In this document: positions 1 through 12,013 of the stretch, one piece after another
Layout: every line of letters starts with the position of its first letter
Numbering within the stretch: the first letter of the stretch is position 1
Notes under the pieces: generated by a model
What the model was told of the DNA's origin: nothing
Database searches by the model: none
Seen by the model: only the letters and a program-made list of their open reading frames with translations
Assembly: GCF_001194135.2 (NCBI RefSeq)
Contig: NC_068983.1
Coordinates: 61,911,066-61,947,508, forward strand
DNA from: Octopus bimaculoides
Taxonomy: Eukaryota
Direction: 5' to 3'
Length of the DNA: 36,443 bases
Made by a program: the position numbers and the translations under genes

Positions 1-100
1 ATAGTAGAAGACACTTGCCCAAGGTGTTACGCTGTGGGAATGAACCCGGAACCATGTGGTTGATAAGGAAGCTACTTGCCATGCAGTCACTCCTGTGCCT
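1..100 (-). mobile_element. tRNA-derived SINE, family A, 5' head (cut by window edge)
   Basis: Reverse complement AGGCACAGGAGTGACTGCATGGCAAGTAGCTT...GGTTCCGGGTTCATTCCC...CCTTGGGCAAGTGTCTTCTACTAT has A/B-box-like motifs and matches the copy at 13893-14345. Confidence 0.85.
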
Positions 101-294
101 ATATATATATATATATATATATATATTTCATTTTTGCATTTGATTTGCAAGATTCTGTAAGTGAAATCGTGTGTTGAAGCATATTTTATTGTGTCTGGGG
201 AGAGTCATTCTCTTTTAGTGCCTTATTACAAACTTACCGATTTCCACTCATTTATTTATTTTTACTAAAATTTTCGTGGCGACTTGCAACCTTT

Positions 295-735
295 TCAATA
301 GTCGTTAACTCGGTCCGTTATCAGAATCGCGTTCCTTTTTTTGTGCGCATGCGTGTGCATCAGTGTGCATGCACATACATGTGTACATCTATGCATGTAT
401 GTGAATATGCATGTGTGTATATTCATGTATGTATGAATATGCATATAAATATGTATGCATGTGTGCACGTTTGTATGTATGTATGAATGTATGTACTCTG
501 CAAGTTTGTGTGTTTGCTGGTATTTGTGTGTGAACGCGTATATACATGTATGCACGTGTGCACGTTTGTATGTTTGTGTTCTACATATCTATTTGCTTGT
601 GTGTTCATGTTTTTCGTGTTTGTGTATACGTGTTTGTGTGTTTTTGCTTGTGTTCATGTTTGTGTGTTTGTATGTGTATGTGTGTATTTGTGTGTGTACC
701 TCTGACATCTTGTGTGAACATGTTGAGTGTGTCCG
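295..735. repeat. Degenerate (TG/TATG)n low-complexity tract
   Basis: Visible alternating purine-pyrimidine runs; source of the H/T/C/V-rich pseudo-ORFs. Confidence 0.9.
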
Positions 736-1253
736 TGTTTAAAGAAAGAAATAAAGAAGCAAATGAGTGGAAATCGGTAAGTTAAATTAATAAGGCACTA
801 AAAGAGAATGACTCTCCCTTGACACAATTATATATATATATNNNNNNNNNNNNNNNNNNNNNNNNNNNNNNNNNNNNNNNNNNNNNNNNNNNNNNNNNNN
901 NNNNNNNNNNNNNNNNNNNNNNNNNNNNNNNNNNNNNNNNNNNNNNNNNNNNNNNNNNNNNNNNNNNNNNNNNNNNNNNNNNNNNNNNNNNNNNNNNNNN
1001 NNNNNNNNNNNNNNNNNNNNNNNNNNNNNNNNNNNNNNNNNNNNNNNNNNNNNNNNNNNNNNNNNNNNNNNNNNNNNNNNNNNNNNNNNNNNNNNNNNNN
1101 NNNNNNNNNNNNNNNNNNNNNNNNNNNNNNNNNNNNNNNNNTATACAGAGTAATATACAGAGAGTGGCCAAAACGTAATATATATATACACAGAGGGTTG
1201 CCCAAAAGTAGGTTTACAGTTATCACGTAGGCACTTTAAATTTCTTTCAAAAC

Positions 1254-1290
<37 letters not shown>

Positions 1291-1389
1291 AGATAGGTAG
1301 ATAGATAGATAGATAGTTAGATATGCATACACAAACACACACACGCACATATATGTATTTGTGTGTGTGTATGTATCTGCCAATAGCAT

Positions 1390-1447
1390 TCTCTGATTAG
1401 TATGTCTCTGATTAGTATGTCTCTGATTAGTATGTCTCTGATTAGTA
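1390..1447. repeat. 15-bp minisatellite (TCTCTGATTAGTATG) x about 4
   Basis: Three exact copies plus a fourth partial copy. Confidence 0.95.
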
Positions 1448-1809
1448 CTTTACGTACTTTGGCTTCATTCGAGACAAACTGACCCGTCACTCGTTTGATC
1501 TTGAGTATAGGTAAAAGTCATGGGTTGATGTTACAAATACATGATTCAACGAAATAACTAACAAGATGCCAACCTGGTGAGGGTAAACGTCCAGTCCTAT
1601 TTCACTTCAGTATGACAGCTGAAAGCTTCCGAGGAAGAAACTTCAGCCTAGATGATGACTTTCATATCTGTGTTAAATGACTTAACACTCTTGTGTGACA
1701 TCAAAGTTCACCCAATTTAGCTAGAATTTTCCAAATGGCTGTCCTTTCACGAGGTTGAATGCCATCATGATGTCAACGAACGCAATATAGAATAGTTATA
1801 TTTTATCTC

Positions 1810-2450
1810 TTAATTTTTATTGCAATTATTGAATGTGCAGCGTTCTGACCTGCCGCAGAACTGAGTTTCAGGCTCTACCTTTTCAGAGTTTACCTGTTTT
1901 CTGTTTAGAAGCACGGAATGGAGGATTTCCTCAAGGTAAACAGCAAAGAGACTCTTCTTCATTTCTTTGTAAATGTTGCAACCGTATCTAAGCAATCTAT
2001 CCTTTCAGTCTCTTATGTTTTGTGGAACAGCGCCTATTTTCCTACATTAGCACAATAGGTTGTACCAAAGCCGGAACAGAATGCTCTTTACAAGAATAGT
2101 GACATCTGGTGCAATGTAATTCTAGCTCCGTAACTTGCCAATGGGAAGACAACCATTTGCTTTATACGTCTAGTTCCTGCATGACTGAAAAACATTCCGC
2201 GGCGTGCAGTATATTGCCTACGACTTTGTTTTCTACGAATCTGAATTCAGAGTAACCTTTTCATGTACTTGCTTTTATCGTTGAGGATTTCATTTGCTGT
2301 AGTGTTTATTACCACTGACTTGCCCAGTGTCGGGATGATCGCTTTCTTTATCCCCTCATACTCATCACAGATGCTGTAGCACCATACTCCAAGGAGCGAC
2401 ATCATTGCCGTATTATTCATATCCGTAACAATTTTATTTGCAGAGAGCAA
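1810..2450 (-). pseudogene. Decayed coding-like relic of unknown origin
   Basis: Reading frames can be chained across two frameshifts and three stops into about 200 aa of non-repetitive, protein-like sequence; less AT-rich than the flanks; no motif recognised. Confidence 0.3.
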
Positions 2451-3103
2451 AAATTGAAAGAAGATATATGAAATGGATGTGCATGTGTGTGTGTGTGTGT
2501 GTGTATGTGTGTGTGTGTGTGTGTGTGTGNNNNNNNNNNNNNNNNNNNNNNNNNNNNNNNNNNNNNNNNNNNNNNNNNNNNNNNNNNNNNNNNNNNNNNN
2601 NNNNNNNNNNNNNNNNNNNNNNNNNNNNNNNNNNNNNNNNNNNNNNNNNNNNNNNNNNNNNNNNNNNNNNNNNNNNNNNNNNNNNNNNNNNNNNNNNNNN
2701 NNNNNNNNNNNNNNNNNNNNNNNNNNNNNNNNNNNNNNNNNNNNNNNNNNNNNNNNNNNNNNNNNNNNNNNNNNNNNNNNNNNNNNNNNNNNNNNNNNNN
2801 NNNNNNNNNNNNNNNNNNNNNNNNNNNNNNNNNNNNNNNNNNNNNNNNNNNNNNNNNNNNNNNNNNNNNNNNNNNNNNNNNNNNNNNNNNNNNNNNNNNN
2901 NNNNNNNNNNNNNNNNNNNNNNNNNNNNNNNNNNNNNNNNNNNNNNNNNNNNNNNNNNNNNNNNNNNNNNNNNNNNNNNNNNNNNNNNNNNNNNNNNNNN
3001 NNNNNNNNNNNNNNNNNNNNNNNNNNNNNNNNNNNNNNNNNNNNNNNNNNNNNNNNNNNNNNNNNNNNNNNNNNNNNNNNNNNNNNNNNNNNNNNNNNNN
3101 NNN

Positions 3104-3139
<36 letters not shown>

Positions 3140-3554
3140 TGCGTGTTTGTGTGTGAATCCGTGTGTGTGTATCTATCTATTTAAATAACGTCGACTGTAT
3201 CAAATTTCAAAGCAAACCAGAAGATATAATTATTTATAGTAAAATATTCCAATATGTAAATCGTATTTTCGAATAGTATCACCTCTGGTTATGTTTACAA
3301 ACGACCAATAAATCGTTTGTTTATTTGATTATTGTATTTTCTCAGCGTTTTTTTTCCTCTGAAACATTCGCTGTAAAATTTAATTGATTTCAATGTTAAA
3401 ACATTTGAAATTTTAAAGGGGCGAAAATTATTTGTTGCCCGGTGTAAAAAGCAGGAAAATGTAAATCGACGTAAAGACTATTGAAAAGTTCATTATAATC
3501 ATATACAACACTTCTATTATACTTGACACCCAATCAGCCTCTCATTCTCCATTT

Positions 3555-3555
3555 A

Positions 3556-3625
<70 letters not shown>
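3555..3625. repeat. (TATC)n tetranucleotide microsatellite
   Basis: Direct reading. Confidence 0.95.
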
Positions 3626-3626
<1 letters not shown>

Positions 3627-4155
3627 ACATCTGTTTGTCTGTCTGTTTGTCCATATGTGTGTGTATGGATGGATGTGATGCACAAGAAAAAATGCTCTTT
3701 ATAATCTAGCAAAAAGGTTCTGCGCAATTGAATCAGATGAGGACATTTGTGACATACCACTTGGAGAACTTAAGTATGCACACATTGAGAGCAATTGCAA
3801 CCATTTTAAGTTGCTAATGGAATTGAATGTGCCAAGAAAATTTATATCCAGGCAGTAAAAGAAACAAAACAATTAAATTAGTGAGACTGAGAAGTCTTAC
3901 CTCATGCCCCAGTCCTAAAGCAAGGAAACCTACAACATTATAGTTCAAAATATTTTAACACTGAAAAAGGTTTTCAGGACAAACCTTCATAAAGATTAAC
4001 AAGTAACCCAAACCAATGAAAAATATATTAATAAAGGCTAAATTTCGCTCAACAATAGCGGAATCATCATTTTAAAATGTTGTATTTCCAACTGCGGTGT
4101 ACGCTTAAATCTGCCAGTAGTATCGCAGAATACGTTTTAAAGCTCTTTAGTCATA

Positions 4156-4189
4156 TACATACATACATACATACATACATACATGCATG

Positions 4190-4230
<41 letters not shown>

Positions 4231-4245
4231 ACACCCACCCACACA
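4156..4245. repeat. (TACA)n-(CA)n compound microsatellite
   Basis: Direct reading. Confidence 0.95.
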
Positions 4246-5101
4246 CATATGTTTATTTATATATCTACGCGTGCACACAGCACACACATACACACACACA
4301 TAAATATAACCAAATTGAGGGAATAAAACGGATAAAATGAACGCTTAAATTAAGTGAAGGTTATTATTCTCGGCATGAGGGTTGGCTAAGATGAGAACCT
4401 TCCATTCAGTAATTATTACATCAGAGGATCAGCTAGCTAAGAAACATATGTAGCCTGAAGTTTACCTGTTCTACTCCCAGAAACTGGATTTTTGTTTGCA
4501 TTTGTAGCAACTGTAGTTGCTTACCTTGAGTTATACAGAAACTTTCAGCTTAACAAATTTCCTCGGAAATTTGATATGGGCAAAAATGTGCAACATTCGA
4601 TGTCAATAAATTGTTATTACTCCTAATCGTTCAATATCCACGTTTTGCTTTCTATACCTGTCACAGACTGTTTGAAGCTTATAAACTTTCCACACTTGGA
4701 TACCTGAATTTTACCCTTATATATATATATATATATATATATATTAATTATTAACTGCGAAAATTTATTACCTGCAGGGTTATTTCTGGCACTAGCGCGC
4801 CAAAATGATGACATTTGAAAAGTACCACAAATATATTTTGTAGAACTGTGCATGAGTTTTCTCTCGGGAAAACGTTTCTTTGTATAGTTCTGTGAAATGT
4901 TTTGAAATACGACAGGCTACGCTGAGGATTTACAGATACTTGCATTTTTCATTTTGCAAGTATTAATAATGAAATCATGATACGTAGGTAATCGTTTTAT
5001 TTTGTAAATTTTCATTTGCCTTGCTTATTTTTTGCATCTTGGCATTTGCTGAGCTTTTTTTTCTTGAGAACACACTCTTTGTGGTAAGGCGATTTGACGT
5101 C

Positions 5102-5159
<58 letters not shown>

Positions 5160-5204
5160 CACACACATACCTGTGTATCTGAAAATATCTAACGTATCCT
5201 TCCT

Positions 5205-5412
5205 AATCTTGGCACAAAGCCAGCAATTTTGATGGGAACGTAAGTCGATTATATTGATCTCAGTACACGAATGGAACTTATTTTATCGACTCCTCGAAGG
5301 AAAAAAGGCAAAGACGGCCTCGGCGGAATTTGAACTCAGAGTGTAATGAGTGGAAGAAATGCCGCTAAACATTTTATCTGACATGTTAACGATTCTGCTA
5401 GCTTGCAGCCTT
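5205..5412 (-). mobile_element. tRNA-derived SINE, family B
   Basis: Reverse complement of the copy at 11537-11755 (shared GAGTTCAAATTCCGCCGAGG, CTTTGCCTTT, GTCGATAAAATAAGT). Confidence 0.85.
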
Positions 5413-6049
5413 TATCTGACAATGTAATGTCTACAATAACAGTGCTCAGAATGAGGTGAAAGCAATACGGGGCCAAAGGGTATATTTAACACGACGTATG
5501 GTTCTGCATAGATTACAAATTTGAATACCGTAAAATAGACGAATAAGACTCAGTGAGAATGTACACACATGCACGCTTAGAAACAAACAAATTTTAGATT
5601 CTATGATATTCCCTTTTCTAATATCATAGTAAAGATATTGGTAGTAGTGACAGTAGTATAAGCTTCTAGTTTTAGGAGACCCCTGCGTGTTATGTATTCA
5701 TAATAGTTATATTTCTGAAGTAATTATTAGGTGGAATATTCTAAATTCAATCATAATTTGCATTGTTTCTTTCTAGACTAGCAAAGTCATTGACTACCCA
5801 GATGAGAGTATTAAAAAAAATGTTAGAAGGAAAGTTAGAATAGTATTAATATCTGTTACCTTATTTTTGGCCTTCAGGTCTTTCCTAATTATTAATTAAT
5901 ATAGTTGAGTATAATATTCCTTCCTAAACTTTTTTTTCATTTGAATATTTTGATCATTAAGTGGTTAGTCTAATTCTACTGTTATTTTCAAATATATTTT
6001 AATATTTTATATTTATGTCTTAATTATAATATATTTATATTTTTATCTT

Positions 6050-6405
6050 ATACTTTTTCCAGTCTTTGGACTGCAGGCATAATAGGGCCTCCTATAAAGG
6101 ATTTTAGTTGAACGAAACGAATCCTGTATTTACGAGATGTTTTTGTAGTCTAGTGCAGGGATTTTTGCCGAGCCATTAAGTTACGGGGATATAAACAAAC
6201 TAACACCGGTTGTCAAGTGGTGGTGGTGGTATGGATGTGACAAACACAGACGCAAAAACACGCACACAAATATACACAACGGATTTTTACCTAGTTTCTG
6301 CTTACCATATTCACTCACAAAGCATTAGTCGATTGAGACTATAAGCTATAGTAGAAGACAGTTGCCCCATGATGTTGCACATAAGGACTGAATCCGAAAC
6401 CACGT
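6050..6405 (-). mobile_element. SINE family A, diverged copy
   Basis: Contains CTATAGTAGAAGACAGTTGCCC and AACACCGGTTGTCAAGTGGTGG, the inverse of blocks in 13893-14345. Confidence 0.75.
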
Positions 6406-6969
6406 TTTAGATTCTTTCACAGCGGTCACTTTGAAGTCATCCGTATACAAATGATGTTTGCTTGACCTCACTCAGCATTTGAATCAGGCCGAGTGTGACA
6501 CAAACTCTTAGTTAAACAGAAGAGCCAAAAGCGAGATACCTCTTTCAACATCACACTTGCAATAGAGATATATATGGGGTTGACGCCAGAAACTGGTCGA
6601 TTACTAAAATCATGTCATCCGAATTGAGGTAGGGGTGATGGGGAAATGTTCGATCTACAGAAACAGAAAGCGCCAGTACCACTAGCCTACCTGCTCACAT
6701 ACACGCATCTACGTGTATATAGGCGAGCAGACAGTACGTACATACATCCGCACATCTACAGAAATACACGTACATCACACACACACAATATGTGCCGGGA
6801 ATCGAACTCAGCACGTAGCAAGTCAATATTCTGCTAGAGAACCACCGATGCAATAGGAATTGTTTTTGAAATTCCACCTTTTTTAAAATCTTAATTGTTT
6901 GCCATTTATTCATAATGAGTTTAATATTTCTGTACATTATTTGTGCTACCTTAGATATGGCTGGATTTA

Positions 6970-7170
6970 CCAGTACACTTCCTGGATCTACTTGTGCACC
7001 ACAAGGTCAAAAACGTAGTCAATAAATCTTACACTCACGTTCTCAATTCTCCAGCCTTCGTTTATCACTTTATTCATCAGTAATTGATCTTTGCAACCAT
7101 GTATGCCTTTGTAGCATAATTTCTGTCCTTCTAGAAGTGATGTTTCTTCTCACCCCATTAATGGTAATGT
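6970..7170 (-). mobile_element. Non-LTR retrotransposon reverse-transcriptase relic (R4/Dong-like)
   Basis: Translates SLLEGQKLCYKGIHGCKDQLLMNKVINEGWRIENVSVRFIDY then, after a frameshift, FDLVVHK*IQEV; matches the RT pattern EQKG..GCKDQLLINK..IDYKKAFDSVPHSWI. Confidence 0.75.
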
Positions 7171-7184
7171 AACCTCTGATTTAT

Positions 7185-7562
7185 AGTGGAGGTGCAATGG
7201 CCCAGTGGTTAGGGCAGCGGACTCGCGGTCGTAGGATCGCGGTTTCGATTCCCAGACCGGGCGTTGTGAGTGTGTATTGAGCGAAAACACCTAAAAGCTC
7301 CACGAGGCTTCGGCAGGGAATGGTGGTGAACCCTGCTGTACACTTTTCACCCCAACTTTCTTTCACTCTTACTTCCTGTTTCTGTTGTGCCTGTAATTCA
7401 AAGGGTCAGCTGTGTCACGCTGAATATCCCCGAGAACTACGTTAAGGGTACGCGTGTCTGTGGAGTATTCAGCCACTTACACGTTAATTTCACGAGCAGG
7501 CTGTTCCGTTGATCGGATCAACTGGAACCTTCGACGTCGTAAGCGACGGAGTGCCAAGACAC
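7185..7562 (+). mobile_element. Full-length tRNA-derived SINE, family C, with 14-bp TSD
   Basis: A box TGGCCCAGTGGTTAGG, B box GGTTTCGATTCC, tail GGAGTGCCAAGACAC; TSD AACCTCTGATTTAT at 7171-7184 and 7563-7576. Confidence 0.95.
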
Positions 7563-7576
7563 AACCTCTGATTTAT

Positions 7577-7640
7577 TACTGTCAAGGCTTCCTAAGCTGT
7601 AGACACGCAGTTTATGAGCTAGGTACTTCTTTACGTTTAA
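7577..7640 (-). mobile_element. Upstream continuation of the R4/Dong-like RT relic
   Basis: Reads *LINCVSTA*EALTV then INQRLHYH through the TSD, resembling YRPITCLPTMYKILTSII.ERIYTH. Confidence 0.45.
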
Positions 7641-8004
7641 TGAGTCATTCACGTACTGTTTTCGACCTCATTAAAAGGTCATCACTATAATTTTTTCAGT
7701 AGCTCTATTTTTATTGCGCGTTTTCACTTTTCACTACTCATCCAAGTGCAGGTATGTGCGCTTAGGACGGATTAAATGTTTAATTTTGCTTTAATTTTGT
7801 TCTTTTCTATTGTATTGAAAGTTGTTTCTTTGAGTATTTTTTATATTGTATTGGCAGAAACATTACAATATTCCAGTACATATCTAGTGGCAGTTAGTTA
7901 CGTCTTTTTACATTCTAAGTTCACATACGGCTGACATTATTGCTTTTTAAAATTCCGAAGTCTCTTAAACAATTCAAAAATTACCAGTTAAGCACCGGGG
8001 AAGA

Positions 8005-8036
8005 GTTGTTGTTGTTGTTGTTGTTGATGTTGATGT

Positions 8037-8085
<49 letters not shown>

Positions 8086-8092
8086 GGTGGTG
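8005..8092. repeat. Compound trinucleotide repeat (GTT)n-(GAT)n-(GGT)n
   Basis: Direct reading. Confidence 0.95.
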
Positions 8093-9244
8093 CTGATAAT
8101 AATTATCGTCATCAAAACAATATATACGTACATACATGCACATACGTAAATACTCACATAATGTAGCAACTCATAAAAACACAAGGACTGCCACTTAACA
8201 ATTTGAAAGATATTTGCTTAAATATTTTTTCCTAATATGGTATCAACATTTTCGTCGCTCGAAACTGCGATCTGTTCAGCAACAGAAAATTCTTCCTGCA
8301 TCAGAAGAGATGTGGCAGAATTTTTTTTCAGCGAAGAAAATTTTGACATCTTAGAAAAAATGTTTAAGTGAAGTTGACGGTGTGCAATCGCAATAGTTTT
8401 TCTGTCTGTGTGAAAGATAAATAAGTTTATTTTCAAATAATGATAATCTATTTACTAATGTGTTTCTGTGTTTATCGCTTGGCATTTAACAATAAAAAAA
8501 AATAATAAAAACAACACACATACTTAATTTTTAAAACAGTCAGAAATAAGATGAACATCCGTTAATTTCTGAAAGGATGAATAGACAAACATTACAATAC
8601 TTAATAAATATTTGTCTCCCGGAAAAGAGAATTAATATGCATGCGGATGCAAACATTTGCCGAATATAATTTTCAATATTTTTTTTTCGTTCTATTGAGT
8701 TAAGAGCTATATTGTTAAGAGCTAAAAACTTGAAACACAATAAAAATTAATTCAGTTTAATAAAATTATTTATAAAAAGTTAATTTATTTAACGAAAAAC
8801 AAACAATAACACTGATATGATTACGCTAATAATTTCTTTTCTTTTATTTAGATTATTGATTAAGTTGTAGCAAGAATATTAAGAAATGATTATCATTCAG
8901 ATGCTGCTGGTATGTTGTAACCTAACATAAACTAATGTGCAAGAAAGAATAATGCTTTAGACGCTATTTTTTTAATTCAAAACCCAAAGTAGCTCGTGGC
9001 TATTTTGACCACATTTCAATGTTCACCTGCAATATACGAGTTTTCTTTTCCAACATTTACCACTACAAAGCCGAACCATTCCTTAAACATGCGAATGTTA
9101 CCTTGAGCTCATGGTCTTTGAAAATAATAGAAGTAAAAATTGAATATTATTTAGTTTTTGGATTTTTTTCTAAACACACATGTGGTATGTTTCAGGCTTA
9201 AGCATGATGGAATTTACAGATATAAGGCACTTTATGGCCTACCT

Positions 9245-9545
9245 CTCTGGCGATTACGACGAAGAGTATTCCAGTTGATACGATGAACCAAAAAACCAGC
9301 TTGTGAAATTTACGTGCATGTGGCTGAGCACTCCATAGATCTTCGTGTCCTTAGTGTAGTACTCAAGGAGATTCTGCATGACACAGACTGTGACAAAGCT
9401 GGCCCTTTGAATTACATTTTTGCCAGCTGAGTGAACTGGAACAAAGATAACTAAAATGTCTTGCTAAAGGACACAACGCATTTTAACCGGAATCGAACTC
9501 GCCTTGGGATCATGAACCGAATACCCTAGCCCTATGCCTCGCCCC
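9245..9545 (-). mobile_element. SINE family C, diverged
   Basis: TTCCAGTTGATACGATGAAC, GTGAAATTTACGTGCATGTGGCTGAGCACTCCA and the B-box inverse GGAATCGAACTC mirror 7185-7562. Confidence 0.85.
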
Positions 9546-9738
9546 TTCAGGGAACTTTATAAAAAAACAATTAATACAAATATCACGATTGAAAAATATG
9601 ACCCTCTCTAAAATTAATCATGTCCCACCAAAGGCAGTTGTGAAAGGCTAAGTCGACCGGAATGAAACTTGAACTGAGAACGTTAAGCCATAAATTATGT
9701 AGTATAAAGATGTTAATAACTTCTCTCACTTATCATAC

Positions 9739-9774
<36 letters not shown>

Positions 9775-9814
9775 GTCTTCAAAGGGTAAAAATCAGTTTG
9801 CATAACAATGCAAC

Positions 9815-10302
9815 ACTACAGAGGTGAAATAAAAGGTATATGGGGTGATCGCTTTTTAAATCTTCTTTATCACCCTTCAGTGAAGCAGGATGGCATTTGA
9901 CTCTTCCAACAATGAGCGTAATATATTCCCTTCAGGTAGCGATTGAAGCATAGAACGAAGAGTTTCCACATATGTTCACCGCCGCAGTGTGCGAACGAGC
10001 TTCGGTGATGATTTATGAATGTTGGTGTAAAGCATTTTGCATACCTTCTCCATCTCCCCTTTGCTTGTTACTGTGAGCCCATCCTTGTTTTTAAATTTTT
10101 CCTTTCCTCTGCAGCCTGCATCAGTTTCTTTAGTCTATAATTCTCGAAGTCATTTCTTAAATGTTATCGAGAGTTGATCTTTCATGTTCCTCTTCACAGT
10201 ATTCCGTTTCTTTAACATTTTCCACGTTTCCTTCGAGATTCTTCCGCCAAGATCCTGCTGGCTGGCAGTTCTGGTTTTCCATCGCAGCTTTTAATTTTCT
10301 GG
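9815..10302 (-). mobile_element. RTE-clade LINE fragment (linker and start of RT), inverted segment
   Basis: Frameshifted translation GRISKETWKMLKKR / RNDFENYRLKKLMQAAEERKNLK / KNKDGLTVTSKGEMEKVCKMLYTNI / GEHMWKLFVLCFNRYL / ESNAILLH / KGDKEDLKSDHPIYLL follows the RTE ORF order ending at the KGD...NYRPI.LL motif. Confidence 0.85.
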
Positions 10303-10551
10303 AGCAGTAAAGCAAAAATTACATTCGGATGGCCATGTCATAAGGGTCACATACAAGATATGGACGCGTGCAATTGCTGAGTAGTACCCAAGAGATCGGA
10401 GAATTCTACTTGGAAGATGTCAACGACGTTGGGAAGTCGATTTGGTCAGGTAATTTGTGGCATGGTGTAGCAATCGAGACAAAATTAGAAGCGCATTGTG
10501 ACCTGCGTTGTGTAACAACCTCTGATCGCCTGGTTGATACTGTGATACTGT
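10303..10551 (+). mobile_element. RTE-clade LINE 3' end with tandem tail
   Basis: GHVIRVTYKIWTRAIAE*YPRDRRILLGRCQRRWEVDL matches the RTE C-terminal WAGHV.R...RWT....W.PR..KR..GRP..RW; ends in (GATACTGT)2 at 10536-10551. Confidence 0.85.
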
Positions 10552-11229
10552 AATGGCAAGACTATAGCCATGTCATAGCGAACAAAATAGCCTTCTAAAC
10601 TGTGCTTTTGAAAATTCAAGATGTTATAGACATTCAATAACTAGATGCAGTAATCACTTCATAAACATTACTACTTCACACGGTAATGGCTGTATCTGAC
10701 TGTATAGAAGTAATAATTCAGTCTCACACACGCACGCACACACACACACACACACACGTGTAAAGATACACACGCATAGATGCAGATCAATGCAGCCATA
10801 CATTTTTATTTCTATAATAATTCAGTATATAGAAATTCTGAATTGTTATAAGACTTCCAATCTATACTTTCCAGCCTCAGCCTAATGCAAAATGTTCTGT
10901 TGATGCTTTTTTTTTTCACACCTGGCTTAGATTGATAGGGATAACGTTTCTACTTTTATCAAAACAGTAATAACTCACGCAAAGGTATCATCGAAGAGTT
11001 ACGGTAGGTATTTAAGTCATATGCATACCGTTATATTCTTATATCGTTTCTCTCGTTGGATCACTGCTTTTAGATAATGAAAAGTAATCCAAATGTTTAT
11101 GTGTTTCGTACTTGCTTTTATCGACATTACTTATCAAATGACTAAATTACCTTTTTACGTAAACAGACGCTACTCGGTGCACTCACACGAGTGTAGATAA
11201 TCCTTGAAAGACACATACGAAGATACACG

Positions 11230-11270
<41 letters not shown>

Positions 11271-11275
<5 letters not shown>

Positions 11276-11410
11276 CGGGTTCCGTCTGCCAAATTCAACG
11301 ATAAGGTTTTGGTGTAAGCCCAAGGCTACAGTAGATGAGATTTACTCAATGTGTTGTACTGTTGAGACGAACAATAAAACGTACGTGGAAAGCGAATTGA
11401 AAAATACCAT
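11271..11410 (-). mobile_element. SINE family A, degenerate 5' half
   Basis: GGGTTCCGTCTGCCAAATTC...CCCAAGGCTACAGTAGA is the inverse of family A body; adjoins the (CA)n at 11233-11274. Confidence 0.65.
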
Positions 11411-11536
11411 GGTTTTGCCAAAATCTTTCGTCCAGCATCAATGCCCGAGTGATATACGTGTTAAATGTTTATTAAGTCTCTACAAAGTTGCAATTAATTC
11501 AATCATAAAATAGAATCTTCAATTATTATTAGCTTC

Positions 11537-11755
11537 AAGGCGGTGAGCTGGTAGAATCATTAGCACACCGGACAAAATGTTTAGCGGCACTTCTTCCGAG
11601 TTTGTGTCCTGAGTTTAAAGTCTGCAGACGTCGACTTTGCCTTTCATCCTTTCGGGGCCGATAAAATAAGTACTAGTTGAATATTGGAGTCGATGTAATC
11701 GACATACTCACTCACTCGAAATTACTGGCCTTGTGCCAACATTTGAAACTAATAT
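11537..11755 (+). mobile_element. tRNA-derived SINE, family B
   Basis: Head GGCGGTGAGCTGGTAGAATCATTAGCAC, B-box-like GAGTTTAAAGTC, body GTCGACTTTGCCTTTCATCCTTTCGGGG, tail GGCCTTGTGCCAACATTTGAAAC. Confidence 0.85.
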
Positions 11756-12013
11756 TTTAGGTTTTGTGGCTATAATAGAAAGTATTGTTAATCGCCTTAT
11801 TTTATATTGCATTCGTGAAGAATAGCGCCGTTGATTAACGGACCAGTAACTGCTTCCATGAAATTCTGACGCTAGGAGTGATATTTCGCACGATAGTTTA
11901 ATTCGAAAGCATCAGGTTTTTGCCTATCTGGCCGATGTATATCCCGTTTACCGGTATAATTCAGTGAAATATATACACCATACTGCTCTGGCCCACACAT
12001 AGCATAACTTCTC

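Noticed and set aside
1612-1650. Hairpin GCTGAA...TTCAGC with GACAGCTG, superficially hammerhead-like
   Set aside because: No CTGANGA and GAAA in the right order on either strand.
3670-4020. Coding-like stretch [30 protein letters not shown]...LNVPRKFISRQ
   Set aside because: Vague resemblance to a Tc1 HTH or a LINE C-terminus, with no diagnostic motif and many stops.
7185-7260. tRNA gene calls for SINE heads
   Set aside because: A and B boxes are present but there is no acceptor stem or terminator, and each continues into SINE body.
8218-8436. 72-aa minus ORF with a nearby GTGAGT donor
   Set aside because: All acceptor-donor combinations contain stops; no recognisable product.
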